The position numbers and the translations under genes were made by a program. This document shows positions 20,141-29,355 of a stretch of DNA of 64,000 bases, piece after piece (within the stretch, counting starts at the first letter, position 1; each line of letters opens with the position of its first letter). This stretch comes from an uncultured Lachnospiraceae bacterium (GTDB lineage Bacteria > Bacillota > Clostridia > Lachnospirales > Lachnospiraceae), in the NCBI GenBank assembly GCA_910585295.1, contig CAJUDE010000003.1, forward strand, positions 2,321-66,320. The letters are read 5' to 3'. A model generated the notes under the pieces. The model was not told where the DNA came from. It was given only the letters and a program-made list of their open reading frames with translations, and ran no database searches.

Positions 20141-22660
20141 ATGAAAAGCAAGTTACGGATAGGTGCGTTTGCGCTGCTGACGCTCCTTATGGCAGGGTGC
20201 ATTGCGCTGCAGTACCAACGGGGCTGGGGGACAGAACAGGCAGTAACCAGCCAGTTAGAGATTGAGAACCAGGCGATTGTGGGAGAACTGCAAAAAGGGC
20301 TTGTGGTTTCCCAGACATTTACGGCGGACAGGAATTTTTCTGGGATTTCCCTTTTGATGGCGACTTACAATAAAACAGTTTATGGAAAAATACACATAAA
20401 GCTATTGGAGGAAGAGAGTGGGCAGGCGCTTGTGGAAAAGTCTTTTTATACTGCCTCGATGAAGGATAATAAGCCCTTTTATTTTATGTTTGGCAAAGAG
20501 ATTGAAGTGGAGTCCCCCAAACAGTATAGGCTTGTGGTGGAGTCTGGCAAAGGGCGTATAGGGAGCCATGTCACAATTTGGAATTCCTTGGAAGATCAGG
20601 AAAGCGGCGGCTCCTTGTATATTAATGGCGAGCGGCAAGAAGGGGACTTGGTTTTTGATTTCGTGTACCAAGGCAAAGAAGTATTTTATTGGGGCATGTT
20701 CTTACACCGGGCAAGCCTTTTCCTGCTGTTTTTTGGGTTCCTGGGCCTCCATTGCTTTGTCGGCATAAAGGAACTGTATCAGTGGATTTTTGAGAAGCGG
20801 GTATGGGTTGCGCTGGCGTTGTTTGTATTTATGGTGTTGAATAAATATCATTTTTCTTCTATAGAGCAGTTTGATTGGTATATCCAGCCTGGGGAAGGGA
20901 CAGAATACACATCGGCTGTAATGGGCAAATCCCGTGCTATCCGCAGTGATGAGTGGATGCTGGGCGTGCCGAGGTTTTTGTCGGCAGAGTATAGCGATTA
21001 CGGCAAGTATAATGAAGTTGTCCGGGCAGAGAAAACAACAAATTTATCTGCCTCGGGTTTGTACCGCAGCTATTCTGCGCTTGCGCAGCCAATGGCATGG
21101 GGATTTTACCTGTTTGGGTCGGAATATGGCTTGTCGTTCCGATGGTGCTTTTACATGATATTCGGTTTCTTGTTTTCCTATGAATTTTGTTTGCTCCTAA
21201 CCAAAAGGAAGAAGCTGCTATCCTTGCTTGGCGCGTCCTTAATCTGGTTTTCTAGCTGCAATATGTGGTGGTCTGCCATGAACTGGATTTTAGCTGGGGA
21301 AGCGGCATTGGTTTGCACCTATTATTTTTTAGAGGAGCCAAGCAGGAAAAAACGTGTGCTTTGGGGGATTGGGATTGCAATCTTTGGCTCTTGCTTTGCA
21401 GTGGTGGATTTGTATCCGGCATGGCAGGTGCCAGCCGGGTATCTGTACCTGCTGATTCTAATCTGGATGCTTGCGGGCCATTGGCAGGGCATAAAAGGGT
21501 ATCAATGGAAAGACTGGGCGATTGCGGCTGGGAGCATTTTATTCCTGGCAAGCATTGCAGGGGTGTTCTTGCTCAACGATGCAGAATACCTTACAGATAT
21601 TATGAATACTAGGTATCCAGGGATGCGGGTCAGCTATGGAGGCAAGAGCATCCACCAGCTTCTTGGATATCTCCCAACCTTTTTGATGGGCTGGAAAGAT
21701 TATACGAACCCAAGTGAGGCAGGCAGGTTTGCCAGCTTTTTCCCAATTCCCTATGTGCTGTCGCTGGTGTGGTTTTTGCGCAGCAAGAAAAAGGACTTGC
21801 TAATGGGGCTGCTGTTGGGCGGCACGACATTTTTGTCCCTTTATTGCGTGATGGAGCTGCCCGAACTGGTTGCAAAAGTATTCCTGCTTACCTTTTCCAC
21901 ACCAGAGCGGACTGCTGTAATTTTAGGCTATGCCCAGATTTTGCTGTTGATTGTGATGGCGTCCAGGCAGGCCGAGGAAGAGCGGCTCCGGCTTCATGTG
22001 GGGCTTGCGGTAGTTTCCCTGACTGCAGCTGCCACGTTGTGGTATAGTAAGGAAAACTTTGAAGGTTATTTGAACATCTTGTATTTTATTGCGGTAGCGG
22101 TTGTGGTATTTGGGGCAATCCTCCCTGTAATTTCCAGGGTGAAGGAAAGTTACCGGAGCATGGCGGTGGCGGCATTAAGTATTTTTACAATTGTAACAGG
22201 GCTTTCCGTGCATCCTCTAATGTGCGGGCTGGACGCCATAAAAGGGAAACCGGCTGCTGCTGCGGTAGCTGATATTGTAGAAAGTGACAAAGATGGCAAG
22301 TGGCTTGCGGTGGATGATATTGCTGCTGGGAATTTTTTGATTGCCTGCGGGGCGCCTGCGGTAAACTCTGTGAATTATATTCCCAATATGGAGCTTTGGG
22401 CGAAACTGGACCCTGATGGGGAAAAAGAAGAAATCTATAACCGGTATGCCCATATTGTGGCCACCTTGACCAAAGAGGAGACAGATATGGAGCTGTACCA
22501 GACAGATGTGATTAATTTGGACCTTTCCTACCATGACTTAGAGAAAATTGGGATAGATTACATTTTTGCCAAAAAGCCTGTGGAATCCCAGGAAGACGTA
22601 GCATTTGAGGCATTGTACCAAGAGGCGGGCTGCCATATTTATAAAGTAATGCCAAGGTAA
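20141..22660 (+). CDS. Large polytopic membrane protein, putative GT-C-fold glycosyltransferase with an N-terminal extracellular domain
   Basis: ~840 aa, more than 12 hydrophobic segments, acidic loop AIRSDEW after the early TMs; lies in the glycan locus. Confidence 0.55.
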   Translation: MKSKLRIGAFALLTLLMAGCIALQYQRGWGTEQAVTSQLEIENQAIVGELQKGLVVSQTFTADRNFSGISLLMATYNKTVYGKIHIKLLEEESGQALVEKSFYTASMKDNKPFYFMFGKEIEVESPKQYRLVVESGKGRIGSHVTIWNSLEDQESGGSLYINGERQEGDLVFDFVYQGKEVFYWGMFLHRASLFLLFFGFLGLHCFVGIKELYQWIFEKRVWVALALFVFMVLNKYHFSSIEQFDWYIQPGEGTEYTSAVMGKSRAIRSDEWMLGVPRFLSAEYSDYGKYNEVVRAEKTTNLSASGLYRSYSALAQPMAWGFYLFGSEYGLSFRWCFYMIFGFLFSYEFCLLLTKRKKLLSLLGASLIWFSSCNMWWSAMNWILAGEAALVCTYYFLEEPSRKKRVLWGIGIAIFGSCFAVVDLYPAWQVPAGYLYLLILIWMLAGHWQGIKGYQWKDWAIAAGSILFLASIAGVFLLNDAEYLTDIMNTRYPGMRVSYGGKSIHQLLGYLPTFLMGWKDYTNPSEAGRFASFFPIPYVLSLVWFLRSKKKDLLMGLLLGGTTFLSLYCVMELPELVAKVFLLTFSTPERTAVILGYAQILLLIVMASRQAEEERLRLHVGLAVVSLTAAATLWYSKENFEGYLNILYFIAVAVVVFGAILPVISRVKESYRSMAVAALSIFTIVTGLSVHPLMCGLDAIKGKPAAAAVADIVESDKDGKWLAVDDIAAGNFLIACGAPAVNSVNYIPNMELWAKLDPDGEKEEIYNRYAHIVATLTKEETDMELYQTDVINLDLSYHDLEKIGIDYIFAKKPVESQEDVAFEALYQEAGCHIYKVMPR

Positions 22661-22723
22661 TTGCTGTGCATGTTGGCGGTGCAGCAAAGGGGCGGCAGTG
22701 CGCCCTGCCCCATCAGAAGGAAT

Positions 22724-22752
22724 TTGCAATATTCAGGGAAGGATGGTATAAT
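22724..22752 (+). promoter_or_regulatory. Near-consensus sigma-A promoter for the heptose/glycan operon
   Basis: TTGCAA (22724-22729)-17 bp-TATAAT (22747-22752) with TG extension. Confidence 0.7.
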
Positions 22753-23183
22753 GTTGGCAGACATTATACGCGCCGGAGTGCGCATAGGGAGCCATACTAT
22801 ATCGCGAAGCGGTTATGGCATAATGTTGGCAGACATTATACGCGCCGGAGTGCGCATAGGCAGCCATACTATATCGCGAAGCGGTTATGGCATAATGTCG
22901 GCAGACATTATACGCGCCGGAGTGCGCATAGGGAGCCATACTATATCGCGAAGCGGTTATGGTATAATGTCGGCAGACATTATACGCGCCGGAGTGCGCA
23001 TAGGCAACCATACCATATCGCGAAGCGGTTATGGTATAATGTCGGCAGACATTATACGCGCCGGAGTGCGCATAGGCAACCATACCATATCGCGAAGCGA
23101 TTATGGTATAATGCCTTGCGATATGATACGGGCCGAAGGGCGCATAGGCAGCCGTCTGGGCCACGAAGCGATTATGGCATAAT
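22743..23183. repeat. 72-bp tandem repeat array: 5 near-identical units, 1 degenerate 71-bp unit, and a partial 7th
   Basis: Units start at 22743, 22815, 22887, 22959, 23031, 23103 and 23174; consensus ATGGYATAATGTYGGCAGACATTATACGCGCCGGAGTGCGCATAGGSARCCATACYATATCGCGAAGCGRTT. Confidence 0.98.
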
Positions 23184-23240
23184 ATCGCTCCAATAAGCGG
23201 TGAAACAGGCCAAAGCAGCATAGCATTTAGGAGGAAAAGC

Positions 23241-23807
23241 GTGTACCATAGGTTAGAGGAGATTTTAATTCAACAAAAAGAAAATATAGAGAAGGTGTTA
23301 GAAAGCGGGTACTTAGAAAAAGTGTCCCAGGCAGTGGATGTGCAGGTGGCAGCCCTGAAAAATGGGAATAAAACTTTAATTGCAGGAAACGGAGGGTCTG
23401 CCGCTGACGCACAGCATTTTACAGGGGAGCTTGTTGGGCGGTTTTTAAAGGAACGCAAAGGGTTCCCCGCAATAGCCCTTACAACAGATACTTCCGTGAT
23501 GACTTCCGTTGGGAATGATTATGGGTTTGATGAGATATTTGCAAGGCAGGTGGAGGCGTTGGGAAGTGTGGGTGATGTGTTTATTGGCATTTCCACTAGT
23601 GGGAATTCTGAAAATATTATCCGGGCAGTGAAGAAAGCGCGCGAAATGGGGCTTACCACAATCTGCCTTACTGGGATGGACGGGGGCAGGCTAAAAGGCT
23701 TGTGCGATTATGAGATGACCGTCCCACTGCAGGAAACCCCAAGGATACAGGAATTCCATACAATGACAGTCCATATGATATGTGAGTTGGCAGAGGAAAA
23801 GTTATGA
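23241..23807 (+). CDS. gmhA: D-sedoheptulose 7-phosphate isomerase
   Basis: [57 protein letters not shown] with GTG start. Confidence 0.95.
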   Translation: MYHRLEEILIQQKENIEKVLESGYLEKVSQAVDVQVAALKNGNKTLIAGNGGSAADAQHFTGELVGRFLKERKGFPAIALTTDTSVMTSVGNDYGFDEIFARQVEALGSVGDVFIGISTSGNSENIIRAVKKAREMGLTTICLTGMDGGRLKGLCDYEMTVPLQETPRIQEFHTMTVHMICELAEEKL

Positions 23808-25054
23808 GTGGGAAAAATGGGAATCAGTACAGTATTTCAAAATTATTTTTAAAGTTTAACCAGCTTTTGTGGAAAAAATCATTCCTGCAGAATATCCGTG
23901 TTCTTTTTTATTGGATAGACGGGGCTTTATTGCTGACTTGTAAACGCAGGGGCAAGGAAACCCCTGAGGGCTGCGGCCGCAAAAAGGTTTTGGTGATATA
24001 TAATATGGCTTTGGGGGACGGCGTTATGTTCTATGGCGTTTCCAAAGCCATCCGTGAGATTTGGCCGAAAGGGCAGTATGAGGTTACCATTACATGCCAG
24101 TCGGCCTTTTCTTCATTATATGAAAGCGCTGGGATTTACGATAAGGTGCTGCCTTTAGACTTTTCCGGCGCGGTGATAAACCTGAAAAAAAGGCGTGAGC
24201 TGTTTGGAAAGCTGCGGGAGGAAAGCTATGACCTGGTAGTTGACCCAGTGGGGTGCGAGGACTGCACCACCAATATGTTTGTGGCAAGGGCGGCAAAGGG
24301 GAAGCGAAAGATTGGGGTTTTGGACATGTCCATAAAGGAGCGTCAGGCGCCAGAATGGCTTAGAAGGAAAATTTACCACAAAGTAGTGGAAATCCGTCAG
24401 GGGCAGATCCATTTAATCCGTTATTATGGGGAGTTTTTCCGCAAGCTTGGGGCAAAGTCCTGCATCCCCAAGCCAGCAGAGCTTCCAGCGGCAGAACTGC
24501 CCTTTGAGGTTCCAGAACGGTTCTTTATTATATTTCCAGTGGCAAGCATGGAAGTGAAAAAATGGCCGTTGAAGCGGTACGCCTACCTTGCGAAAAAAAT
24601 ATATAATAAGGCGAAGATGCCTTTGGTGGTATGCGGCACAGAGCATGACAGGCAGGGCATTGAGGAATTTTTGCGGCTGCTGCCGGATGTGGAAGTAAAA
24701 GATTATATTGGGAAGACAAACATTATGCAGTTTATAGAATTGATTGGGCGTGCATCCCTTGTGGTCAGCAATGATACCAGCGCGTACCATATTGCAGTGG
24801 CAAAACAGGTTCCGGTGGCGATGGTCTGCGGCGGGTACACATACCACCGCTATGCAAAATATGATTATGAAAAAGAGGGGTGCCGGACACCATTGCTGGT
24901 GCGTCAGGAGATGGAATGCTATGACTGCAACAACCATTGCTGCTATACGGGGTTCCAATTGTTTCCGTGTATTGATAAAATCGGGGCGAAAGAGGCATGG
25001 AAGGAAATCAGCGCCTTGATGGAAAGGGAAGGGCTGTGTACAGATGACAATTGA
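23804..25054 (+). CDS. Glycosyltransferase family 9 (heptosyltransferase-like)
   Basis: ALGDGVM, KKWP and [13 protein letters not shown] motifs of GT9; Cys-rich C-terminus; sits between gmhA and hldE. Confidence 0.85.
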   Translation: MSGKNGNQYSISKLFLKFNQLLWKKSFLQNIRVLFYWIDGALLLTCKRRGKETPEGCGRKKVLVIYNMALGDGVMFYGVSKAIREIWPKGQYEVTITCQSAFSSLYESAGIYDKVLPLDFSGAVINLKKRRELFGKLREESYDLVVDPVGCEDCTTNMFVARAAKGKRKIGVLDMSIKERQAPEWLRRKIYHKVVEIRQGQIHLIRYYGEFFRKLGAKSCIPKPAELPAAELPFEVPERFFIIFPVASMEVKKWPLKRYAYLAKKIYNKAKMPLVVCGTEHDRQGIEEFLRLLPDVEVKDYIGKTNIMQFIELIGRASLVVSNDTSAYHIAVAKQVPVAMVCGGYTYHRYAKYDYEKEGCRTPLLVRQEMECYDCNNHCCYTGFQLFPCIDKIGAKEAWKEISALMEREGLCTDDN

Positions 25055-26483
25055 GAAATTAGGCAAGGTTTCAGAAATAAAAGTCCTCTTGTTTGGGGAT
25101 TTTATGGTGGACAAGTATATCTACGGGAAAGTTTCTAGAATTTCGCCGGAGGCTCCGGTGCCTGTCTTAGAGGTATCCTCCAAACAATTTAAGCTTGGCG
25201 GGGCGGGGAACGTGGTGAATAACATTATCACGTTAGGCGCCAGCGTGCGTGTGCTGGGATGCGTAGGGGAGGATGCAGATGGCGCCTGGATTGCGTCAGA
25301 ACTTTCTGGAAAAGGCATTGAGGCAGGCCATATCAGGAAATTCCCTCAGGTACAGACAATTTCCAAAACACGGCTGGTATCCAAGAACCAGCAATTCCTG
25401 CGGTACGATGAAGAGAAGGTTGAGGATATCCCAACGGAATATATCGCTTATATAAAACAAAATGCAGACGCTATTTTTGCAGGAGTCCATGTTATGGTGC
25501 TTTCTGATTATGGGAAAGGCGCGGTGACAAAGGAGGCGGCTCAGTTTTTAATTGGGCAGGCAAAAGAGAGGGGCATCCCTGCGGTAGTTGACCCCAAAGG
25601 GGCAGATTACAGCAAATACGCAGGCGCCAATGTCTGCACGCCCAATGTGAAAGAATTGGGGGATGTGTCAGGCAAAATACTGCATTCCGAAGAAAGCCTT
25701 ACAGCGGCGGGGGAAGAGGTAAGGGAGCAGGCAAACTTAGAATATCTGCTGCTGACCCGTTCAGAAAAAGGGGTTTCTTTGTTTGGCAAAGGTGGGGGAA
25801 AGAAAGATTTTCCGGCGGCAAGCAAGGATGTCGTGGATGTGACAGGCGCCGGGGATACGGTAGTCTCTACCGTGGCATTGATGATGGCGGCGGGGTTTTC
25901 TTTGGAGGACTGCTGCATCCTTTCTAATATTGCCGCTTCTATTGTATGTTCCAAATTTGGGGCGGCAACTTTGTCTTTAAATGAATTGATGGAGCAGATT
26001 GTAAACAGTGGGGAATTTAAGCTGGTGGACTTGGTTACAGCCAAATACGTGATGGCCAGCCTGAAAGAAAAAGGCAAGAAAATTGTATTTACCAATGGTT
26101 GTTTTGACATGCTCCATGCGGGGCATCTGGCATCCTTCTTGCAGGCCAGGAAATTTGGCGATGTGCTGGTTGCGGCAGTGAACAGCGACGCCTCCGTCAA
26201 ACGGTTGAAGGGCGAGGAACGCCCGATTGTGGAGCAAACATACAGGCTTCGGATGCTCTGCGCCCTGGAATGCATTGATTATGTGATCCTGATGGAAGAC
26301 GACACGCCAGTACGTATCATCCAGGAGCTTAAGCCAGATGTGACAGTGAAGGGCAAGGACTGGGAACATAAGGACATACCAGAGCGGCGTGTGGTGGAAT
26401 CCTATGGCGGAGAAGTGAAGTTTATTGACTTGGAAGGCGGGCTGTCCACCACCAGCCTGATTGGGAAGATCAAGCATGAATAA
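25044..26483 (+). CDS. hldE: Bifunctional heptose 7-phosphate kinase / heptose 1-phosphate adenylyltransferase
   Basis: RISPEAPVPV, LSDYGKG, DVTGAGDT (PfkB domain); FTNGCFDMLHAGH, NSDASVKRLKG, GLSTT (nucleotidyltransferase domain). Confidence 0.95.
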   Translation: MTIEKLGKVSEIKVLLFGDFMVDKYIYGKVSRISPEAPVPVLEVSSKQFKLGGAGNVVNNIITLGASVRVLGCVGEDADGAWIASELSGKGIEAGHIRKFPQVQTISKTRLVSKNQQFLRYDEEKVEDIPTEYIAYIKQNADAIFAGVHVMVLSDYGKGAVTKEAAQFLIGQAKERGIPAVVDPKGADYSKYAGANVCTPNVKELGDVSGKILHSEESLTAAGEEVREQANLEYLLLTRSEKGVSLFGKGGGKKDFPAASKDVVDVTGAGDTVVSTVALMMAAGFSLEDCCILSNIAASIVCSKFGAATLSLNELMEQIVNSGEFKLVDLVTAKYVMASLKEKGKKIVFTNGCFDMLHAGHLASFLQARKFGDVLVAAVNSDASVKRLKGEERPIVEQTYRLRMLCALECIDYVILMEDDTPVRIIQELKPDVTVKGKDWEHKDIPERRVVESYGGEVKFIDLEGGLSTTSLIGKIKHE

Positions 26484-27036
26484 GGCAGTTTTTTTGGACC
26501 GGGATGGGACAATCAATGTGGATTATGGGTATGTATGCGAGCCAAAAAAGCTGGAATTTATGCCCGGCGCCCTAGAAGCGTTAAGGAGGATACAAAAGGC
26601 AGGCTTTTTGCTGCTGATTGTGACCAACCAGTCTGGGATTGCAAGGGGATATTTTTCAGAACGGCAGTATCAGGAATTTGAGGGGTTCCTGCTGGGGCGG
26701 ATGGGGCAAGAGGGCGTTATCGTTGATAAAGTATACCATTGCCCCCATGGGGAAGGCGGCGGCTGTTCTTGCCGCAAGCCCTTGACAGGCATGTTTTATC
26801 AGGCGGCGGAAGAATTTCAGGTTGATTGGGGCCAGTCTTATGCCATTGGCGATAAGGCGCGCGATTTGTCGATTTGTGAAAAAGAAGCAGTCACAGGCAT
26901 TTTGTATCACGAGGGGCAGGGGGCAGGCAGCTTAAAGGCCAGCGGACAGGAAAGCATTGTCAGCCTGGGGTCCTGGCAGGAAATTGCAGAGTATATTTGT
27001 GCTGCCAAAAAAGACGCCCCACAGGGGCGTAAATGA
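26476..27036 (+). CDS. gmhB: D-glycero-D-manno-heptose 1,7-bisphosphate phosphatase
   Basis: FLDRDGTIN, TNQSGIARG, CPH...CSCRKP, IGDKARD. Confidence 0.92.
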   Translation: MNKAVFLDRDGTINVDYGYVCEPKKLEFMPGALEALRRIQKAGFLLLIVTNQSGIARGYFSERQYQEFEGFLLGRMGQEGVIVDKVYHCPHGEGGGCSCRKPLTGMFYQAAEEFQVDWGQSYAIGDKARDLSICEKEAVTGILYHEGQGAGSLKASGQESIVSLGSWQEIAEYICAAKKDAPQGRK

Positions 27037-27065
27037 AATCATAAGATATTGGATAATATAATGTT

Positions 27066-28292
27066 ATGGATAATATGAAGAAAAATATAGCATGGAATAC
27101 CTTTGGGAGCATCTTTTACTGTGTATGCCAATGGCTGATAACGGTTCTGGTGGTTTGGCTGGACAGTTACCGCGCGGCGGGGAACCTTTCGCTTGCCATG
27201 ACCACCAGCAGCAGCTTTTCCGCAATATCTTTGTTCAGCATGAGGAATTACCAGGTGTCAGATGTGATGGGGGAATATACTTCAGGGCAATATGTAAGCA
27301 GCAGGGTCCTTACCTGCGTTGCGGCGGTGGTTAGCTGCATTGCAGTATCCATGTTGGGGAACAACAGCCAGTATGAAGTGTTATGCATCGCCGCATTTAT
27401 GGTGGTCCGGGCGGCGGAGGCAGTGGTGGACGTGCTGCATGGGGTCAATCAGAAGTATATGAGGTATGATTTGATTGGGAAATCGTATATCATCCGCGGC
27501 ATCCTTACCATTGGCTCGTTTAGCCTGGGGCTTTTGGCTTTTCAGGATTTGATGGCCACGCTTTTTATAGTGGCGGGGCTGAATTTCCTAGCGGCAGCCT
27601 GTTTCGACTGGATGAAGACAAGCCGGTTGGAAAAATTTCAGATTAATCTGATGGATAAAAAACTTGGGAAGCTTCTAAAGACATGCGCCCCAATTGTGGC
27701 ATTCTCTTTTTTGTTAAGTTTAGAAAACCTTATTCCTAAAATTTCATTAAAGCAATGGTATGGGGAAGAACAGCTTGGGATTTACTCTTCCATTGCATCC
27801 CCTACCCTTGTGGTGCAGGTGTTCGCCTCCGTGGCCTTTAACCCATTCCTCCCTGCCTTTTCCCTGGCATACCAGCAAGGGGAATGGAAGAAGTTTCGGG
27901 GCATGTTCCATAAAGCCCTGGCTGCGCTGGCCGGGATGTGCCTTGTGGTCACATTAGGCGGGATGCTGTTTGGCAGGCTGGGGTTAACCATCTTGTTTGG
28001 GGAAGGCATTCTGGAGCATTATAACCTGTTTTTACCGATTGTATGGTGTACCATTTTGACAGCGCTAATTTGGATTTTATCTTCCCTGGTAGTTGCGGTA
28101 AGGAAAATAAAGTGGCTGCTGGCCGGGATGGCAGTGGATTTCCTGCTGTGCCTTGGGCTGGTGGGGCCATTGGTCCGTACATATGGGAAAAATGGGGTCA
28201 GCATTGTGCAGATTGTTGCATATGCCGTTTATATTGTGTATCTGGTTGTGATATGTGAAATCAGCACTAGAAGGAGAAAGGGAGACAAATGA
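27066..28292 (+). CDS. Wzx-like oligosaccharide flippase
   Basis: 408 aa, ~12 TM, KKNIAWN start, LGIYSS loop typical of the PST/MOP family. Confidence 0.75.
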   Translation: MDNMKKNIAWNTFGSIFYCVCQWLITVLVVWLDSYRAAGNLSLAMTTSSSFSAISLFSMRNYQVSDVMGEYTSGQYVSSRVLTCVAAVVSCIAVSMLGNNSQYEVLCIAAFMVVRAAEAVVDVLHGVNQKYMRYDLIGKSYIIRGILTIGSFSLGLLAFQDLMATLFIVAGLNFLAAACFDWMKTSRLEKFQINLMDKKLGKLLKTCAPIVAFSFLLSLENLIPKISLKQWYGEEQLGIYSSIASPTLVVQVFASVAFNPFLPAFSLAYQQGEWKKFRGMFHKALAALAGMCLVVTLGGMLFGRLGLTILFGEGILEHYNLFLPIVWCTILTALIWILSSLVVAVRKIKWLLAGMAVDFLLCLGLVGPLVRTYGKNGVSIVQIVAYAVYIVYLVVICEISTRRRKGDK

Positions 28293-28993
28293 AAAAGTTA
28301 ATCATTATACCAGCCTACAATGAGGGAGAAAGCATTTGCAATACCATAAAGGACATTGAAGCGCATGCGCCTGATTTTGACTATGTGGTGGTCAACGACT
28401 GCTCCACAGACAATACCAGGGAATTGTGCTTGAAGCACGGCTTCCATTTTATAGACCTTCCAATCAATCAGGGGATTGGGGGGGCTGTGCAGACCGGGTA
28501 TTTGTATGCTTATGAAAATGGGTATGATATTGCTGTACAGGTGGATGGGGATGGGCAGCATGACCCATTTTTTTTACAGAAGATGGCGGATACTCTCCAA
28601 AAGAGCCAGGCAGATATGGTGATTGGCTCTAGGTTTATTGAGCATAAAGGCTTCCAGTCCTCTTTCTCCCGCCGTATTGGGATTAAGTATTTCACTTGCC
28701 TTATTAAATTGCTGACGGGAGCCACAATTACAGACCCAACTTCTGGCCTTCGGATGATTGGCAGGGACGTCATAGAGGTCTTTGCCCGTTCCTACCCAAG
28801 GGATTACCCGGAGCCGGAAAGCGTGGTCCAAATCTTATGCCTGCATAAAAAGGTGCAAGAAATCCCAGTGTTGATGCGGGAGCGGCAAGGGGGTATTTCC
28901 TCCATACGGATGGGGAAATCTGTCTACTATATGATAAAGGTTACGCTGGCAATTCTGTTATGCCGGATTGCCCAGAGGAGAGGAGGGAAGTAA
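28289..28993 (+). CDS. GT2 polyprenol-phosphate glycosyltransferase (DPM/GacI-like)
   Basis: IIPAYNE, VNDCSTD, QVDGDGQHDP, VIGSRF, DPTSGLR. Confidence 0.85.
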   Translation: MKKLIIIPAYNEGESICNTIKDIEAHAPDFDYVVVNDCSTDNTRELCLKHGFHFIDLPINQGIGGAVQTGYLYAYENGYDIAVQVDGDGQHDPFFLQKMADTLQKSQADMVIGSRFIEHKGFQSSFSRRIGIKYFTCLIKLLTGATITDPTSGLRMIGRDVIEVFARSYPRDYPEPESVVQILCLHKKVQEIPVLMRERQGGISSIRMGKSVYYMIKVTLAILLCRIAQRRGGK

Positions 28994-28994
28994 G

Positions 28995-29354
28995 ATGTCT
29001 GAGGTGCTAAGATATGCGTTGGGGGCAGGGGTGCTTGCATACTTTGTGCTGGTGGTCTATTTCCTGAAACGGAGGCTTATTGACTTGAAATACAGCCTAG
29101 TATGGCTGTTGGCAGGTATCTGCATGGCGTGTATGGTGTTATGGCCGAATGCATTGTCCTCCCTGATGGGGGCTTTTGGGATTACTGTCCCAGTCAACGG
29201 GCTGTTTTTGGTGAGCATTGGGTTTGTCTTTGTGATACTGATGTCCCTTACTTCCATTGTCTCTAAGCAGACGGACAGAATCAAGCAGTTGGTGCAGCAC
29301 CAGGCCTTGTTAGAACAGCGGATACGGGAATTGGAAAAGAAAGAAGGGAAATAA
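28995..29354 (+). CDS. DUF2304/GacJ-like small membrane protein
   Basis: Three TM, KYSLVWL, C-terminal coiled tail IKQLVQHQALLE; directly follows the GT2 gene. Confidence 0.75.
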   Translation: MSEVLRYALGAGVLAYFVLVVYFLKRRLIDLKYSLVWLLAGICMACMVLWPNALSSLMGAFGITVPVNGLFLVSIGFVFVILMSLTSIVSKQTDRIKQLVQHQALLEQRIRELEKKEGK

Positions 29355-29355
29355 G

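Noticed and set aside
22743..23183. 72-bp array as a CRISPR or TIGR-type guide array
   Set aside because: Units are near-identical along their whole length with no unique spacers, and no cas- or Nop-domain gene is visible in the window
22661..23221. Three overlapping ORFs (173, 176 and 162 aa) over the repeat listed as genes
   Set aside because: Explained by a stop-free unit of length divisible by 3; substitutions do not favour one frame; one frame is kept only as a low-interest hypothesis
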